A stretch of 64,000 bases of DNA, from assembly GCA_951406725.2 (NCBI GenBank), contig OX597833.1, positions 5,828,001 through 5,892,000 on the forward strand, in the 5' to 3' direction. The position numbers and the translations under genes are program-made. Each line of letters begins with the position of its first letter. Within the stretch, counting starts at the first letter, position 1. A model generated the notes under the pieces. The model worked only from the letters and a program-made list of their open reading frames with translations. It did not search any database and was not told the origin of the DNA. Shown here one piece after another: positions 1-13,823 of this stretch. The stretch is from Octopus vulgaris (Eukaryota).

Positions 1-175
1 AAGGACCAAGCTGGGGTCTTCTATAAAAACGGTCTCCAGAGCTGCATCAAACGATGGGAGAAATGCGTAACTCTGGGTGGTTCCTATGTAAAAAAAGACT
101 AATAACTGTGCCAAGTTTTGTTGCTCTACTGCTATGGGAAGTGGGTCAGGGGCATTACTTATTGAACGCCCCTCG
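1..175 (+). mobile_element. 3' end of a mariner transposon, truncated by the window edge; same family as 37701-38962
   Basis: Encodes ...DQAGVFYKNGLQSCIKRWEKCVTLGGSYVKKD*. Ends in TIR tcaggggcattacttattgaacgcccctcg followed by TA. Closely matches 38790-38962. Confidence 0.92.
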
Positions 176-247
176 TATATATATATATATATCAAGCGAT
201 GTACAGCTCCGTAGGCTTCTTATAGAACCCTACACCTGGGTTATATA

Positions 248-961
248 CAGGGGGAGAGTCAAAAATTATCCGCACTCTAATTTTTTCAATGTATTTACAC
301 AAAAACAGAGTATAACCAAGTACATCATTTTTCTGTATAGTATCCTTCCTTTTCGATGCACTTGGTCCAGGGGTCCACAAGTTTGCGTATTCCCTCCAAG
401 AAGAAGGTTTTCGGTAGGTCGTGCAAGTATTTATGAACCGTTTCCTTCACATCTTCATCCGCAGGAAATCGATGCACTTAGTAAATCATCTTTGAACGGT
501 CCAAAGATATGATGGTCGGAAGGAGCGAGATCTGGGTTGTAAGCAGTGTTCCAGCACCTCATCATCTAATTGCTTAATGGTTTCAAAGGTCTGGGTGGCC
601 GTGTGTGGGCGTGCATTATCATGCAACAATAAAACTTTCTTCAACAATTGGCTTCAGAGTTTGGTGCGAATTGTTGGCTTCGGTTTATTGGCCAACGAAG
701 CTCAGTATCTTGCTCTGTTGATTCTGCAACCGTTTTCCAGAGAAACCGGATCACTGCTCTTTATTCTTCTTTGGTGCACATTGCTAGTGGAGCGACCATG
801 TTTACACTGTAAAGCCAGAAAGAAAAATGGCGCGATCAGGCTCAGACTTCGATTACGTGACCACAATAGTACCAACTATGCGCACGCATGTGCAGAAGGC
901 AGTGTGACAATAAAAACGATATGCTATGGCAAAAGTGCGGATACTTTTTGACTTTCCCTCG
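248..961 (-). mobile_element. Internally deleted mariner (DD34D) element of a second family
   Basis: Imperfect TIRs cagggggagagtcaaaaattatccgcact / agtgcggatactttttgactttccctcg, TA on both sides. Minus strand retains LHDNARPHT, AYNPDLAPSDHHIFGP and WTKCIEKEGYY remnants. Confidence 0.88.
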
Positions 962-975
962 TATATACATAGACA

Positions 976-1109
<134 letters not shown>

Positions 1110-1120
1110 CCATATATATA

Positions 1121-1373
1121 AATAAATGAAAGAATGGAGTTGAACGACGATTTAACAAAATTCCTTTATTCTCGACATATGTTTCGAAGGCTGCATATTC
1201 CTAATTCCGAAGGAATAAGGAGTACATTATGCAGATTTCTCATGAGGAAAATCAAGGAACTTATGTCAGCATCAAGATGAACAAAAACTCTTAGATGACT
1301 GCCCACACGGAGCCCATTGCTACCCAGGTATCGGTTAACCGAATTATCCATACTAAGATAATTCATTCAACTA

Positions 1374-1375
<2 letters not shown>
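1121..1375 (-). mobile_element. (TA)n-inserted short element carrying a hammerhead motif (HHR-3 family; Penelope/Naiad-like terminal repeat)
   Basis: Island between (TA)n tracts. Shares aatggagttgaac and gtatcggttaa blocks with 29553-29718 and 41148-41296. Confidence 0.65.
1161..1259 (-). ncRNA. Type I hammerhead ribozyme motif with long helix II; core has G5C, so this copy is probably inactive
   Basis: Minus strand: helix I UUCCUUGAUUUUC/GAGAAUAAAGGAA, core CUCAUGA, helix II GAA..CUGCAUA..UCCUUAUUCC/GGAAUUAGGA..UAUGCAG..UUC, then GAAA, palindromic helix III ACAUAUGU, GUC cleavage triplet. Confidence 0.75.
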
Positions 1376-1465
<90 letters not shown>

Positions 1466-2384
1466 CAAGGACATGGCAGAAGTAAATAGATACCCCATAA
1501 AACATCGTTTTATGTTTATTCTAACTTGTTAAAGTTTATATTTTCTAATAATGGACATTTTTATGTTTCAGATTCTATATGTGACTGTTTAATCATGCCA
1601 TGTACAAAAGAAACCTTGGAACTGTCTGAATTTCGAAGAGGCCGAATTGTGGGTCATTCTGAAGGTGGACATAGTCAGTATGAAATCGCAGAAAACCTTG
1701 GGATCCTGCCTTCTGCAGTTAATACAGAGATTGTGCAATTCACCAGAGAATGGAAGGAGTCCACAGCACCTTGCCCAGATCAACCAGAGCCATCTGACAG
1801 GACCCTTCTCTTTGCTGAGAGAAGTGCGGAGGATAATACTCGTTGCAAGACCTCTGACATAGCAGAACACGTTGAAGATATCGGTCTTAGAACAGCTGTC
1901 AGGTATCTTCACAAACTTGGTTACTATGGCAGAGCAGCAAGAAGGAAGCCACTTCTTCGTCCATCCAATATCAAGCAGAGAAAAGATTGAGCAAGTGAGA
2001 TGGTGGACAGGCCACTACCATTTTAGGACACTATCATATTCTTTGATGAGTCCAGATTCCATGGCCAGTCACCAGATATGAACCCAATTGAACACCTCTG
2101 GGGCATAATGGATTGGACACTTCATAAAAAGAACAAGAAAGCATCTTCAGAACCAGATCTTTTGAGACTATTGCATGAAACTTGGCAAGAAATTCCGCAA
2201 GAGAATATTCGTCATCTGATCAGTAACATACCTAATATGGTCCTTAAATTGAAAAATGGAAAGGGCATGCCTACTGAATATCAAATAGTCACATTATAAC
2301 AATTAATAAACAATTTGAATGTAGAATTTGAGAATTAAATTTTAATGATTATATGGATGTCTATTTACGTCTGTTGTGTCTGCG
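1466..2384 (+). mobile_element. Internally deleted Tc1-like (DD34E) transposon with transposase pseudogene (about 1595-2299)
   Basis: [15 protein letters not shown] region, ARRKPLL, and IIFFDESRF joined directly to QSPDMNPIEHLW; ends KGMPTEY; contains stops. Degenerate TIRs (caaggacatggcagaagtaaataga / tctatttacgtctgttgtgtctgcg) with TA flanks. Confidence 0.9.
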
Positions 2385-2458
2385 TATATGTTTATATGTA
2401 TATATATATTTATACATATATATATATACGCCTGTGTGTGTATGTATGTAAATATACA

Positions 2459-2496
<38 letters not shown>

Positions 2497-2497
<1 letters not shown>

Positions 2498-2918
2498 GGC
2501 GCAGGAGTGGCTGTGTGTTAAGTAGCTTGCTAACCAACCACATGGTTCCGGGTTCAGTCCCACTGCGTGGCATCCTGGGCAAGTGTCTTCTGCTATAGCC
2601 CCGGGCCGACCAATGCCTTGTGAGTGGATTTGGTAGACGGAAACTGAAAGAAGCCTGTCGTATATATGTATATATATGTATATATGTGTATGTGTGTGTG
2701 TTTGTGTGTGTGTGTTTGTCCCCCTAGCATTGCTTGACAACCGATGCTGGTGTGTTTACGTCCCTGTAACTTAGCGGTTCGGCAAAAAGAGACCGATCGA
2801 ATAAGTACTGGGTTTACAAAGAATAAGTCCCGGGGTCGATTTGCTCGACTAAAGGCGGTGCTCCAGCATGGCCGCAGTCAAATGACTGAAACAAGTAAAA
2901 GAGTAAAAGAGTAAAGAG
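2497..2918 (+). mobile_element. SINE-A: tRNA-derived SINE with internal microsatellite, full length
   Basis: A box tggctgtgtg.t, B box ggttcagtcc, CORE-like tgggcaagtg block, internal (TA)/(TG) tract, (agtaaaag)n tail. More than 10 copies in the window. Confidence 0.9.
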
Positions 2919-3778
2919 TATATATATGTACAAATGCACATACACACAAACATAGAAATATACACGTGCACACATATAAATATATATCTTAATAAACTGA
3001 ACCTTAAGGCGTAAGGTACACAGCCATTCACTTCACATTTTCTGTTACACTCCAGAACAGATTGCATTGAAATAAAATTTGTGTTGTTTTAGTGAATTTG
3101 TCAGCGGTTAATTGGCGTCTGACTTTGTCATCCCAAGACGGTTGCCTTTTCCTTGAATAAACATCGGTCGCTTGCAGAGAGAAGAGTAACGTGGACAGAC
3201 ATCTGCTTGTTTCCTTTAAAACAAATAAAATCCGAAACCTCTGCCTTCGCTTGTGCATACATGTATAGATGAACGGTGAATCTTAATCGACGGAGGGCTT
3301 ACATGCCTGCATAACTTCTCTCCCAACATGTTTTCTCAATTGGACATCAAACTTCAGGATTCTAAGGAAAACATCAATAAATAGTATTATTCTCATCAAT
3401 CTGCAAGGACCTGTATAAGTAAGGGCCACCCTTCATTATTCTCAGCGTAAATCAATCGAAAATCTCCACACAACAAGTGTAAATCAAAGGTGTCCGAGCT
3501 GTTTGTTAAAACACTTCATTATGTTTCTAATAATCTCTAGGTGTGTCGTGAAAATTAAGCTGTGAAGTTTACTTAAGATCCGACATCTCAACTGCATGCA
3601 GTTAATCACGTGAATGGTGGCACGTGATGTAACATTTAATTGCTAAAAAAACATAATTAATATGGCCTGAAGGATGTCATTTTAAAGAAATGTCTCACAA
3701 ATGTGGAATGTTTTTGAGAGATCTAGTTTAGATATACACAACAGTGTGATGTAATTAGGATAAATGGTAAAAAACACC

Positions 3779-3944
3779 TATTTCTTTACTACCCACAAGG
3801 GGCTAAACACAGAAGGGACAAACAAGGACAGACAAGCGGATTAAGTCGATTATATCGACCCCAGTGCGTAACTGGTACTTATTTAATCGACCCCGAAAGA
3901 ACGAAAGGCAAAGTCGACCTCGGCGGAATTTGAACTCCGAACGT
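3779..3944 (-). mobile_element. SINE-B, 5'-truncated copy
   Basis: Matches the unit of the 18309 array. Flanked by direct repeat aaacacc (3772-3778, 3945-3951). Confidence 0.85.
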
Positions 3945-3949
3945 AAACA

Positions 3950-4286
3950 CCCTTTGGTCGTCAATGACCATGGGACTGTACCTAAAAAGTTACCCCTCCG
4001 AAGTACAAGTCCGGACAAGGTTGTTTATGGATGACCAGCAGTCAACCATGCTTACCAGCCTTCCCATTCCACGCTACCAGTGTTATCCAATTGAAAGGCA
4101 AAGGGGCCGATACAGCTTGGCACATGTGACGTCACAACTCAATTCTACAGCTGAGTAAACTGGAGTAACGTGAAATAAAGTGTCTTGCTCAAGAACACAA
4201 CACAACACACATCCCGGTCCTGGAATCGAACTCACAACCTCATGATTGTGAGCCTGACGCTTTAACCACTGAGCCATGCGTCTTCA
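3950..4286 (-). mobile_element. SINE-C: tRNA-derived SINE
   Basis: Minus-strand head tggctcagtgg...gagttcgattcc, then ttcttgagcaagacacttt. Second copy at 49325-49668. Confidence 0.85.
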
Positions 4287-4507
4287 TATCATTTATCTAC
4301 ACATACATATATGCATATTTGTAGGATATGTGTATGTAAGCTAAAACTATCAGATGTATTTTAATATAAACAATATCCAACCTCGCCATTTTCTAAAAAA
4401 AATCCTTTTAGCTACATGAAATAACAGAACTGAAACAATTTCTGAAATTTACTAGGAAACTATACGGTCATTTACATATATTGTATCATAAACTTAATAC
4501 TACCTCT

Positions 4508-4565
4508 CCAGTCGCCATCTTGCCAATAGCCAGTCGCCATCTTGCCAATAGCCAGTCGCCATCTT
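4508..4565. repeat. 22-bp tandem repeat, about 2.6 copies (ccagtcgccatcttgccaatag)
   Basis: Direct reading of the sequence. Confidence 0.9.
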
Positions 4566-5210
4566 ACCTTTGATATAACGAAAGCAAAATATAAATTAAA
4601 ACAAGGGCGGGCAAAAATGTAATTTTAATGTAATTTTATAATCGATAATGCAATTGTTATTCTTAACTAGATATTCTCCGCTAGATGTCACTATTCAGTA
4701 TATCGATCTGATAGCGTAATACACGTGAAAGATGTTCATGTGTTCAAGCCGCTCGTAAACGGGACAAAAGCTGTCGCTTTTCTATAGAGGAATATAAGAA
4801 TAAAAGTATAAAAGAATAGAAGAATATAATGGGTGTATGCTGTACGGAGTGACATAGGTGTGTTTTAATAGATGGATCTTGTTCTGCTTTAAATGAAAGG
4901 ACGAATTGATGAAGCCTGCGTCGTGTATTGAATGCTGTATGAATGGATGGGATAAATAAATGAAGAGGAAGTAAAGAATAATGTTAGACGGAAATGTGTG
5001 TGTGTGTGTGTATGTGGATGTGTGTGTGTATGACACAGATTGAGGGAGCGAGAGAAATAGAAAGAAAGAGAATAAGAAAGAGAGAAGAAATGGAAGGCAA
5101 GACAGTAAAAATGGAAATTGTTTTCAAGTAAATTGTTGACTGAGGAAATATTATTTAATTTGTGTGTGTATATGTATGTGTATGCATATATAAATATATA
5201 AGCATATATA

Positions 5211-5278
<68 letters not shown>

Positions 5279-5404
5279 CGAGCGTACATATATACATAGA
5301 GTTATTACAGCTGACACTTCACATCAAGTTAATTACATTTCGCGTCGCATTTACATAGAGTAATTATACATACATACAAACATACACACACAAGCATACA
5401 CACA

Positions 5405-5443
<39 letters not shown>

Positions 5444-5458
5444 AACACAAATGTAATC

Positions 5459-5494
<36 letters not shown>

Positions 5495-5554
5495 ACATAT
5501 ATTCGTGATATGTATATATATGTATATATATATGTATGTATATATATATATGTA

Positions 5555-5659
<105 letters not shown>

Positions 5660-5842
5660 CCGTGAGAGTTAGAGATTTGGGAGGCCAACCAACTAAGGGA
5701 TAATACCTATCCAATACACTGCTGGTAGTGTGCCCAATTATTAATACCCAAGTGCTAGTTATTGCGTGGAAATTTCGCAGTGGAGCGTCATATATGGGCT
5801 AGGGTAAAAAGTGGATTACCCTTAATTTATTCGGCAAAAAGT

Positions 5843-6170
5843 AGATGGATGGGATACAAAAATAACATACATCAGCCAGTAGATATTCTATTATGCCCAT
5901 TTATTCTAAAACAAAAGGGAATATTATAAGAATAGATACTCATGCAAAGACTGCTACACAAATATATAACTAGTAATAGTAATAATAGTAACGCATAAAG
6001 GAGTAAAAGATTAAAATATTACTATTATTACTATTACTAGTATATATTTGTGTAGCACACAGTCTTTGCATGTGTATCTATTCTTATAATTCTCCCTTTT
6101 GTTTTGGGATAAATAGACATAATAGAATGTCTACCAGCTGATGCATGTCCTTTTTGTATTCCCTCCATCT
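5843..6170. repeat. Long imperfect inverted repeat (arms about 5843-5991 and 6019-6170)
   Basis: The arms are reverse complements with scattered mismatches and a short spacer; the right arm abuts (TA)n. Confidence 0.9.
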
Positions 6171-6173
6171 CCA

Positions 6174-6222
<49 letters not shown>

Positions 6223-6544
6223 AGGTTTGGAGATGATGTACACTCCTTCAAAATAGAAAAACACACACACACATGCTCTCTCTCACTCTCTCTTTCTCAC
6301 TTTCTCCTCATCCATCACCCTCTTGTACTCTCTTATATCCCTCCCCACCACTACAAACTCAATAACACTATAAAATGGTCAAAACTTTTCACACAGGAAC
6401 CTAGTTCGATTTGAAAACCCCACTAGAATGGGAGAAAGCGCTAATACATGATCTGAGTTATATGATGTATAAAAACATGTAATATACAAATAGATATCTG
6501 TAAATATAAAACCATCCGAATTTCTGAGTACCTCATTTCTTCTA

Positions 6545-6587
<43 letters not shown>

Positions 6588-7313
6588 CATATATATATAT
6601 ATATATCTTACGCATGCATATTAATATACAAAAGTGCCAGCTTGGACGCTTGTTAGGTGATACAATGACTGTGTTTAAGACACACATTTCGGGCGTTTAC
6701 TGCGGTCAAATTTGCTCAAAGAAATTTTGTAAATGTGCCTTCTACAATATTACCCTCTCTAATTGAAATTTGGAGTACAGAAATTACGTAGAAATCTCTC
6801 GAAATATAGCATGCTTCTGTTTTCAAATGGTAGCCTTAATGCACCATTTGTATTAAAACCCTTGGATTTTGAGGGTCTTTAAAATAGTCTACTCGATTAT
6901 ACGCATTCGAGGGTAAACCTCCGGTCTGAGAACAACTTGTTCCTTTCTCTCTTTCCAGTCTTTGAGGCTCTGAATGGAGACAGATGTCATAAGGTCTATC
7001 TTCTGTCCTCTGATGAAGCGATGTAAAATGTTAGGTATTAACCGTAAAATAATCCTGTCCAGTCAGCCCCAAATTGGAACCAACATCATTATAGTCTGCA
7101 CAATAAAATGGATGACATCGCTGTCATTTTCATAACAGAGTTTAAGACTTTCAATGCATAAATTTGGTGAAGCAGTGACTCTACTAAGTTGAGTATCACT
7201 CGGTGTAAAAGAGACTTCACTCTGCTGGGCAATACATAATGAGTGACTTCACTAAGTTAGGGCATACATGATGCCTGACAGATTTCACTATATATAATGA
7301 GTAACATTTGGTT

Positions 7314-7802
7314 CGTTTGTTCCTTCTCGAGCTATGCCTGACTCATAAGGGCCGGTTTCCCGGTTTCCTTGGCGTATAGGTTCCCCACCCGGACGAGACG
7401 CCGGTCCGTCGCAAGTGAGCTGCAAGATACAGGAGGAAAGAGTGAGAGAAAGTTGTGGCGAAAGAGTCAGCAGAAGTTCGCCATTACCTTCTGCTGGAGT
7501 CGCGTGGAGCTTAGGTGTTTCGCTCATAAACACACACATCGCCCGGTCTGTGATTCGAAGCCGCGATCCCTCAGCCATGAGTCCACTACTCTAACCACCA
7601 GGCCATGTGCCTCCACTGGAGGAAAGAGCGAGAGAAAGTTGTGGCGAAAGAGTCAGCAGAAGTTCGCCATTACCTTCTGCCGGAGCCGCGTGGAGCTTAG
7701 GTGTTTCGCTCATAAACACACACATCGCCCGGTCTGAGATTCGAAGCCGCGATCCCTCGACCGCGAGTCCGCTGCTCTAACCACTATCCATGTGCCTCCA
7801 CT
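7314..7802 (-). mobile_element. SINE-D dimer (5' half copy plus full copy) inside one target site duplication
   Basis: Two tRNA-like heads ending at 7616 and 7801. 12-bp TSD taacatttggtt at 7302-7313 and 7803-7814. Confidence 0.88.
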
Positions 7803-8000
7803 TAACATTTGGTTAGTGAGAAACTGCTATGCTGAGTAATACTTGATGAGAGAATGAGACGCCACTATACTGAGTAAAACTGGGTGAGTGAGGAACTTTA
7901 TTTAGCTGACTGTATGGCACCGAAATCTTTGGTTCTACCGTAACCTTACCATTCCTATACTCTCGTACGAAACACGCTCTTACATACACATACGTACAAC

Positions 8001-8054
<54 letters not shown>

Positions 8055-9244
8055 CACAAACAGACATATTTTTATGCTTGTCGGCTCAAACGAACACTGG
8101 CGGTTATTTTCAGTTTTCACGTTCAAAACCCAGCGATTCTCCAGGACAGGAATAAGCAGCAGAACAAAATCAAGCAATGATACAAGGTGACCGATGAATG
8201 CTTTCATTTTATTTTCTGATACACATGTGATGGATTAGCCTGTGTGAGTTGTGTTTTCGTGCCGCATTGTCCCACCGGAGCTTCATAAGGGTTCAGACAA
8301 GGGAAGTCACTTTCGAGGAATTTGTTTCCAACATGGACGACTGAAAAATTGCACGACTTTCGCAGGAAAACAGACAGACTTCTTCGTACTCCACATTATT
8401 CTGTACTTTTTCTTTTCTTTCACGCTAACACACACACCCAAACACACACACACATTCACACACATATTCACACACACACAAACACATATATCGTAGATGT
8501 ATAAATGTATGTATATCTATATATATATATGTATATATACATACACACACACACACACACAAACACACATATATATATACACACACACACACATATATGT
8601 ATATATACACACGCACATATATATACACATGTATACACACACATATACACACATACACAAACACATACACACACATGTATACACACACACATATATGAGT
8701 TGTGCGTGTGCACGAAAATGCATGTCCATCCGTATTTGTTTGTGCGCATGTTCCCGTGTGTTCAAGTTTCGGTTGTTTTATCTGAATGCCAGAAAGCATA
8801 AGAAGCTTCTCCGCATTGCAAAGGCGGCAGGGTTAGCGACCAAGATCCCATATAGAGTGAATTCCTCCATGTGGGCGGAGAGAAAGGCAGACAAACATTA
8901 CAAAGACCTAAACCAAATGACTCATTCTCTATGCGTTCGTCTAAACAGGGAAAGAAACAGAAAGAATGGAAGTATCACATAACAGACGAGAAGACGATCA
9001 TTGTGAATGAAACAAAGGAGTGGATATAATGAAATAAAGAGAAAGAGAATGAAACGTATGGGAAAATAATGTAGAAAAAGAAAAGAAATAATGAAGGAAA
9101 CGGAAGGCAATGGCAGAGACAATGGTGGAGAAAATAAGTTTGAAAGAAAAGTGAAAAAGAACGTAATGCATATTCTTTTCAAAACAACAGGGGTTCTTTC
9201 ACGATCTCCATATCGTCTAGTGTCGCAATACAAACACACACACA

Positions 9245-9345
<101 letters not shown>

Positions 9346-9620
9346 GTACATATATATATATACTTATATATATATACACACACAAACACATGTGTGTATT
9401 TATATATTTATATGTACATATATATATATACAAATATATAAATACATATATATATGTGTGTGTGTATATATATATACATAGATATGTATATATATATATA
9501 TATGTATATATATACATATATATATATACGCATATATATATATATATATATATATATAGCATCTATATATCTATATATATATATATCTATCTATATATAT
9601 ATCATATCTATATCTATCTA

Positions 9621-9686
<66 letters not shown>

Positions 9687-10120
9687 CATAGACGCATATA
9701 TATTTTTTATGCACATATATACATTGATATATGTAGGTGTGTATGTATACATATATACGTACACAAACACTTATGCACACAAAAACACACACATGTACAT
9801 ACATATATACACACATACATATATATACAAACATATATGTATGTATGATTGTATGTATGTATGTATGAATGAATTTATGCATATGTACGTATGTATATAT
9901 GTATATATGTATGTAAGTAATGAATGTATGTATGTTTGTATGTATGTATGTATGTATGTATATATGTATGTATATATGTATGTATGTATATATGTATATA
10001 TTTATATATGTATGCATGTATGTATATATATGTATGTATATATGTATGTATGTATGTATGTATATATTTATATATGTATGCATGTATGTATGTATGTATG
10101 TATGAATGTATGTATGCATG

Positions 10121-10154
<34 letters not shown>

Positions 10155-10573
10155 TGTATGTATGTATATGTGCATGAAGAATATATATATATATATATAT
10201 ATTTCTCTATTGTCCTCACCATCATTTGCATCTTATTATCCTCATCACCGTTGAATATCTCAAGACTTCGTCTCTTTTTTCTTTTTCTTTCTGTTGTCTT
10301 AATTGTTCGTTCGTCCATTTTTCACGGCGTCAACCTGCCAACCCGGCCACTTGGATCAATAATGAAAATCGGAGACTCTCCTTGCAATAAATGCTGAAAT
10401 CAATTTCTTTAGTCCAATCTTTTACGCACGTCTATACACACATCCACATATATATACACACACATATATACACATATATACACACATATATATACACGCA
10501 AATACATATGAGAATAAAAAAATGTTGATACACCCACATTCTCTCAAATAAGCATTCTGCGCGACTACTGCTG

Positions 10574-10637
<64 letters not shown>

Positions 10638-10736
10638 ATTATATACAATAATAGAAAATTATATAAACGAAAACTGTGTATGTATGCATACGTATATATG
10701 TATGCGGGCGTGTGAGTGAGTTGCATGTGTGCGTTT

Positions 10737-10771
<35 letters not shown>

Positions 10772-11283
10772 TGTGTGTGTGTGTGTGTATGTGTGTGTGT
10801 GTGTGTGTATGTGTGTGTGTGTGTAATCCTTGGGTATAAAAAAAAAATTCAGAGGAACGTGATGAAGCTATTTGCAAAGATGAAGCCTGACTGTTAGCAC
10901 ATTTAATCCATAACCTTCCCTGACGCGACCTCAGACGAAACAAATTATATTTTGTTGGACTTAAAAAAGTTATGCGTAAAATATGTATACATACACACAC
11001 ACACACACACACACTCACACATATCTCGTGTTATGCTCAAATGCAATTCTGGTATGGTAGCAGGATTTTTGACGGGGGTTTAATATAACAAACTGTACCA
11101 AGTCGTTGTTAAAGTATTCGCATTGAGTGGAGTCAAGATCGGTTAGTTTGTACTGGCACCGAGTCCTACTAATCGTAACAAAGGACTCAAACCAAATAGT
11201 GATAGTCTTTAATCATTTAATACGACTGAAAAGTTCATACGTTGGCCTTAATGACTTTAGGCACAAACTAAGCTATCATTAAT

Positions 11284-11847
11284 CGGTGAGCTGGCAGAAA
11301 CGTCAGCACTCCGGGCGAAATGCGTAGCCGTATTTCGTCTGCCGTTACGTTCTGAGTTCAAATTCCGCCGAGGTCGACTTTGCCTTTCATCCTTTCGGGG
11401 TCGATTAAATAAGTACCAGCTACGCACTGGGGTCGATATAATCGACTTAATCCGTTTGTCTGTCCTTGTTTGTCCTCTCTGTGTTTAGCCTCTTGTGGAT
11501 AGTAAAGAAACAGGTATTTCGTCTGCCGTTACGTTGTGAGTTCAAATTCGGCTAAGGTCCACTTTGCCTTTCATCCTTTCGGGGTCGATTATATAAGTAC
11601 CATTTACGCACTGGGGTCGATATAATCGACTTAATCCGTTTGTGCGTCCTTGTTTGTCCTCTCTGTATTTAGCCCCTTGTGAATAGTAAAGAAATAGGTA
11701 TTTCGTCTGCCGCTACGTTGTGAGTTCAAATTCCGCCGAGGTCTACTTTGCCTTTCATCCTTTCGATAAGTACCAGTTACGCACTGGGGTCGATGTAATC
11801 GACTTAATCCCTTTGTCTATCCTTGTTTATCCCCTCTGTGTTTAGCG
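11284..11847 (+). mobile_element. SINE-B array: one head plus 3 body units
   Basis: Bodies restart with ggtatttcgtctgccg at 11513 and 11697. Confidence 0.9.
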
Positions 11848-12265
11848 AGAATATATGCAGATCTAGTGCGTCGCATGTCCACCCTCACTCTAGTCGTGCA
11901 ATGCATGTCTAACGGCAACACATAAGACATGGCCCCATATATTAGCACTGAGGTTTAATCTTGAATAGTCCTCACTGGTGCACGGTAAGGGCAGACTGGT
12001 GCACTTTGAGGGTAGTGCGATAATGTGATGTCTGGTGGATGGATTTCGCACGCATGCAGGTGTTGGTGGCCCCAGGTAACCGCAAAACTGTCTTGAAGCT
12101 GTACTGAACGACCAGAAAGGAAGCTGATCAGACTGGCGGAGTAGAGCAGTTAGCCCAGTTGCTACACGTTCGGTAACAAGACACTAACACACTTATACTT
12201 AAGTCAATACACTAATGTAATAGATATACATATACAAAAATGTAATACGTGTATATATATATGTG

Positions 12266-12296
<31 letters not shown>

Positions 12297-12612
12297 TGGT
12301 TTGTTTATATATGTATACATGTATTTATATATAAATGCATATCAGTATAAATTTGAATATAGATGTTTGTATATATGTGTGTGTATGTGTGTGTATGTGT
12401 GTGCATGTGTGTGTAGGTGTGTGTATGTGTTTGCTTATATATGTATATATATATTTATATATAAATACATATCAGTATAAATTTGAACATAGATGTTTAC
12501 ATGCATGTGTTTGTGTATGCGCGCGCGTGTATACATGCATATGTATATATATATATATATATAAATATATAAATATATCTATCTATCTCTCTCTCTATCT
12601 CTCTATATCTAT

Positions 12613-12658
<46 letters not shown>

Positions 12659-12660
12659 GT

Positions 12661-12876
12661 AGGTGCAGACTTGGCTGTGTGGTAAGTAGCTTGTTTACCA
12701 ACCACATGGTTCCGGGTTCAGTCCTACAGTGTGGCACCTTCGCAAAGTGTCTTCTACTATAGCCTCGGGCCGTCCAAAGCCTCGTGAGTGGATTCGGTAG
12801 ACGGAAACTGAAAGAAGCCCGTCGGATATATATATATATATGTTTGTGTTACTGTGTTTGTCCTCCCACTATCGCC
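12661..12876 (+). mobile_element. SINE-A 5' half
   Basis: Matches the head of 2497-2918. Confidence 0.85.
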
Positions 12877-13103
12877 CCCATATAGATATACATATTTACA
12901 TATCTGTATGTATCCATAGAAGGCACGCTCGTTACAACATCGGGAAAATGGTTGAAGCTCACTGCATGCTGATTTTGAATCACGCTGGAGATGTACTCTG
13001 GTGTCAGCTGTTCACCACCAGTGAACTAAGGTAACACCTTTTATTTTTCGAGCACCTTCCGGAGTATTCGAGCGGTTCCAAACAGTGCATAATTATTATT
13101 ATT

Positions 13104-13634
13104 GAGTGAGAGATCAGTGACACTGGGGTAAAATATACCAAGTCCAGTATACCCATCATGACTACCCGTCTGATAAGGGCACACCAGGCACATGCATCAC
13201 AACCATATGTGCGCGACATGGTGATCTCATATCAAGATAAACAACACATGCCCTTGCAGGTGGGACCCAGTTAGAGTTTTCTTCTGGTCGAGTATTCCAT
13301 CCCGCTCAAAAACGTCCCTGAATAAGGGTTGTTTAAGGATGTCGAACGAAACACCCATGTTTCCAAAGGTGAATTATCCAAACCTCTAAGAACTCCTCTC
13401 AACACACGGCTATGATGCTCCCCCACTACTTCTGCTCATGATCGGAGATGCACATATCGTCAGCCACTAAGGGACATGCTCAACTGGTTAAGGTCAAACA
13501 ACTGACAAGCAAATCTGTGGCATTGAGCAGAATATTTGCTGTAGCCCATCTTTTATACCAAGACAAAACAATGTACATGATAACACTTCCACTCAGTTAA
13601 GATTAGAAGCCACAAGAGCCACTGCCTGGTACTG

Positions 13635-13637
<3 letters not shown>
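13104..13637 (-). mobile_element. Family F: about 540-bp non-coding interspersed repeat, probably a retroposon with a (TAA)n tail
   Basis: Copies at 45785-46332 and 60997-61463. No TIRs. Flanked by (ATT)n. Strand inferred from the tail and the truncation pattern. Confidence 0.75.
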
Positions 13638-13703
<66 letters not shown>

Positions 13704-13707
<4 letters not shown>

Positions 13708-13823
13708 TAGTTTTATTTTTATAGCGTGCTTTCACTTCACTACCGAGCGCAGCTCTGTGTGCCTTGGGTATGTGTTGTGATTTGTTGTGATGCTCTGATG
13801 GTTATTGTATGGAAAGTGTTCTT
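13704..13823 (-). mobile_element. Probable 3' end of an R4/Dong-like LINE
   Basis: Minus strand reads ...RRTLSIQ* then a short UTR running into (TAA)n. Confidence 0.5.

Noticed and set aside
4215-4286. tRNA genes at SINE heads (also about 7730-7801, 49600-49668, 63155-63227)
   Set aside because: A and B boxes are present, but acceptor stems do not close and each head continues into a SINE body.
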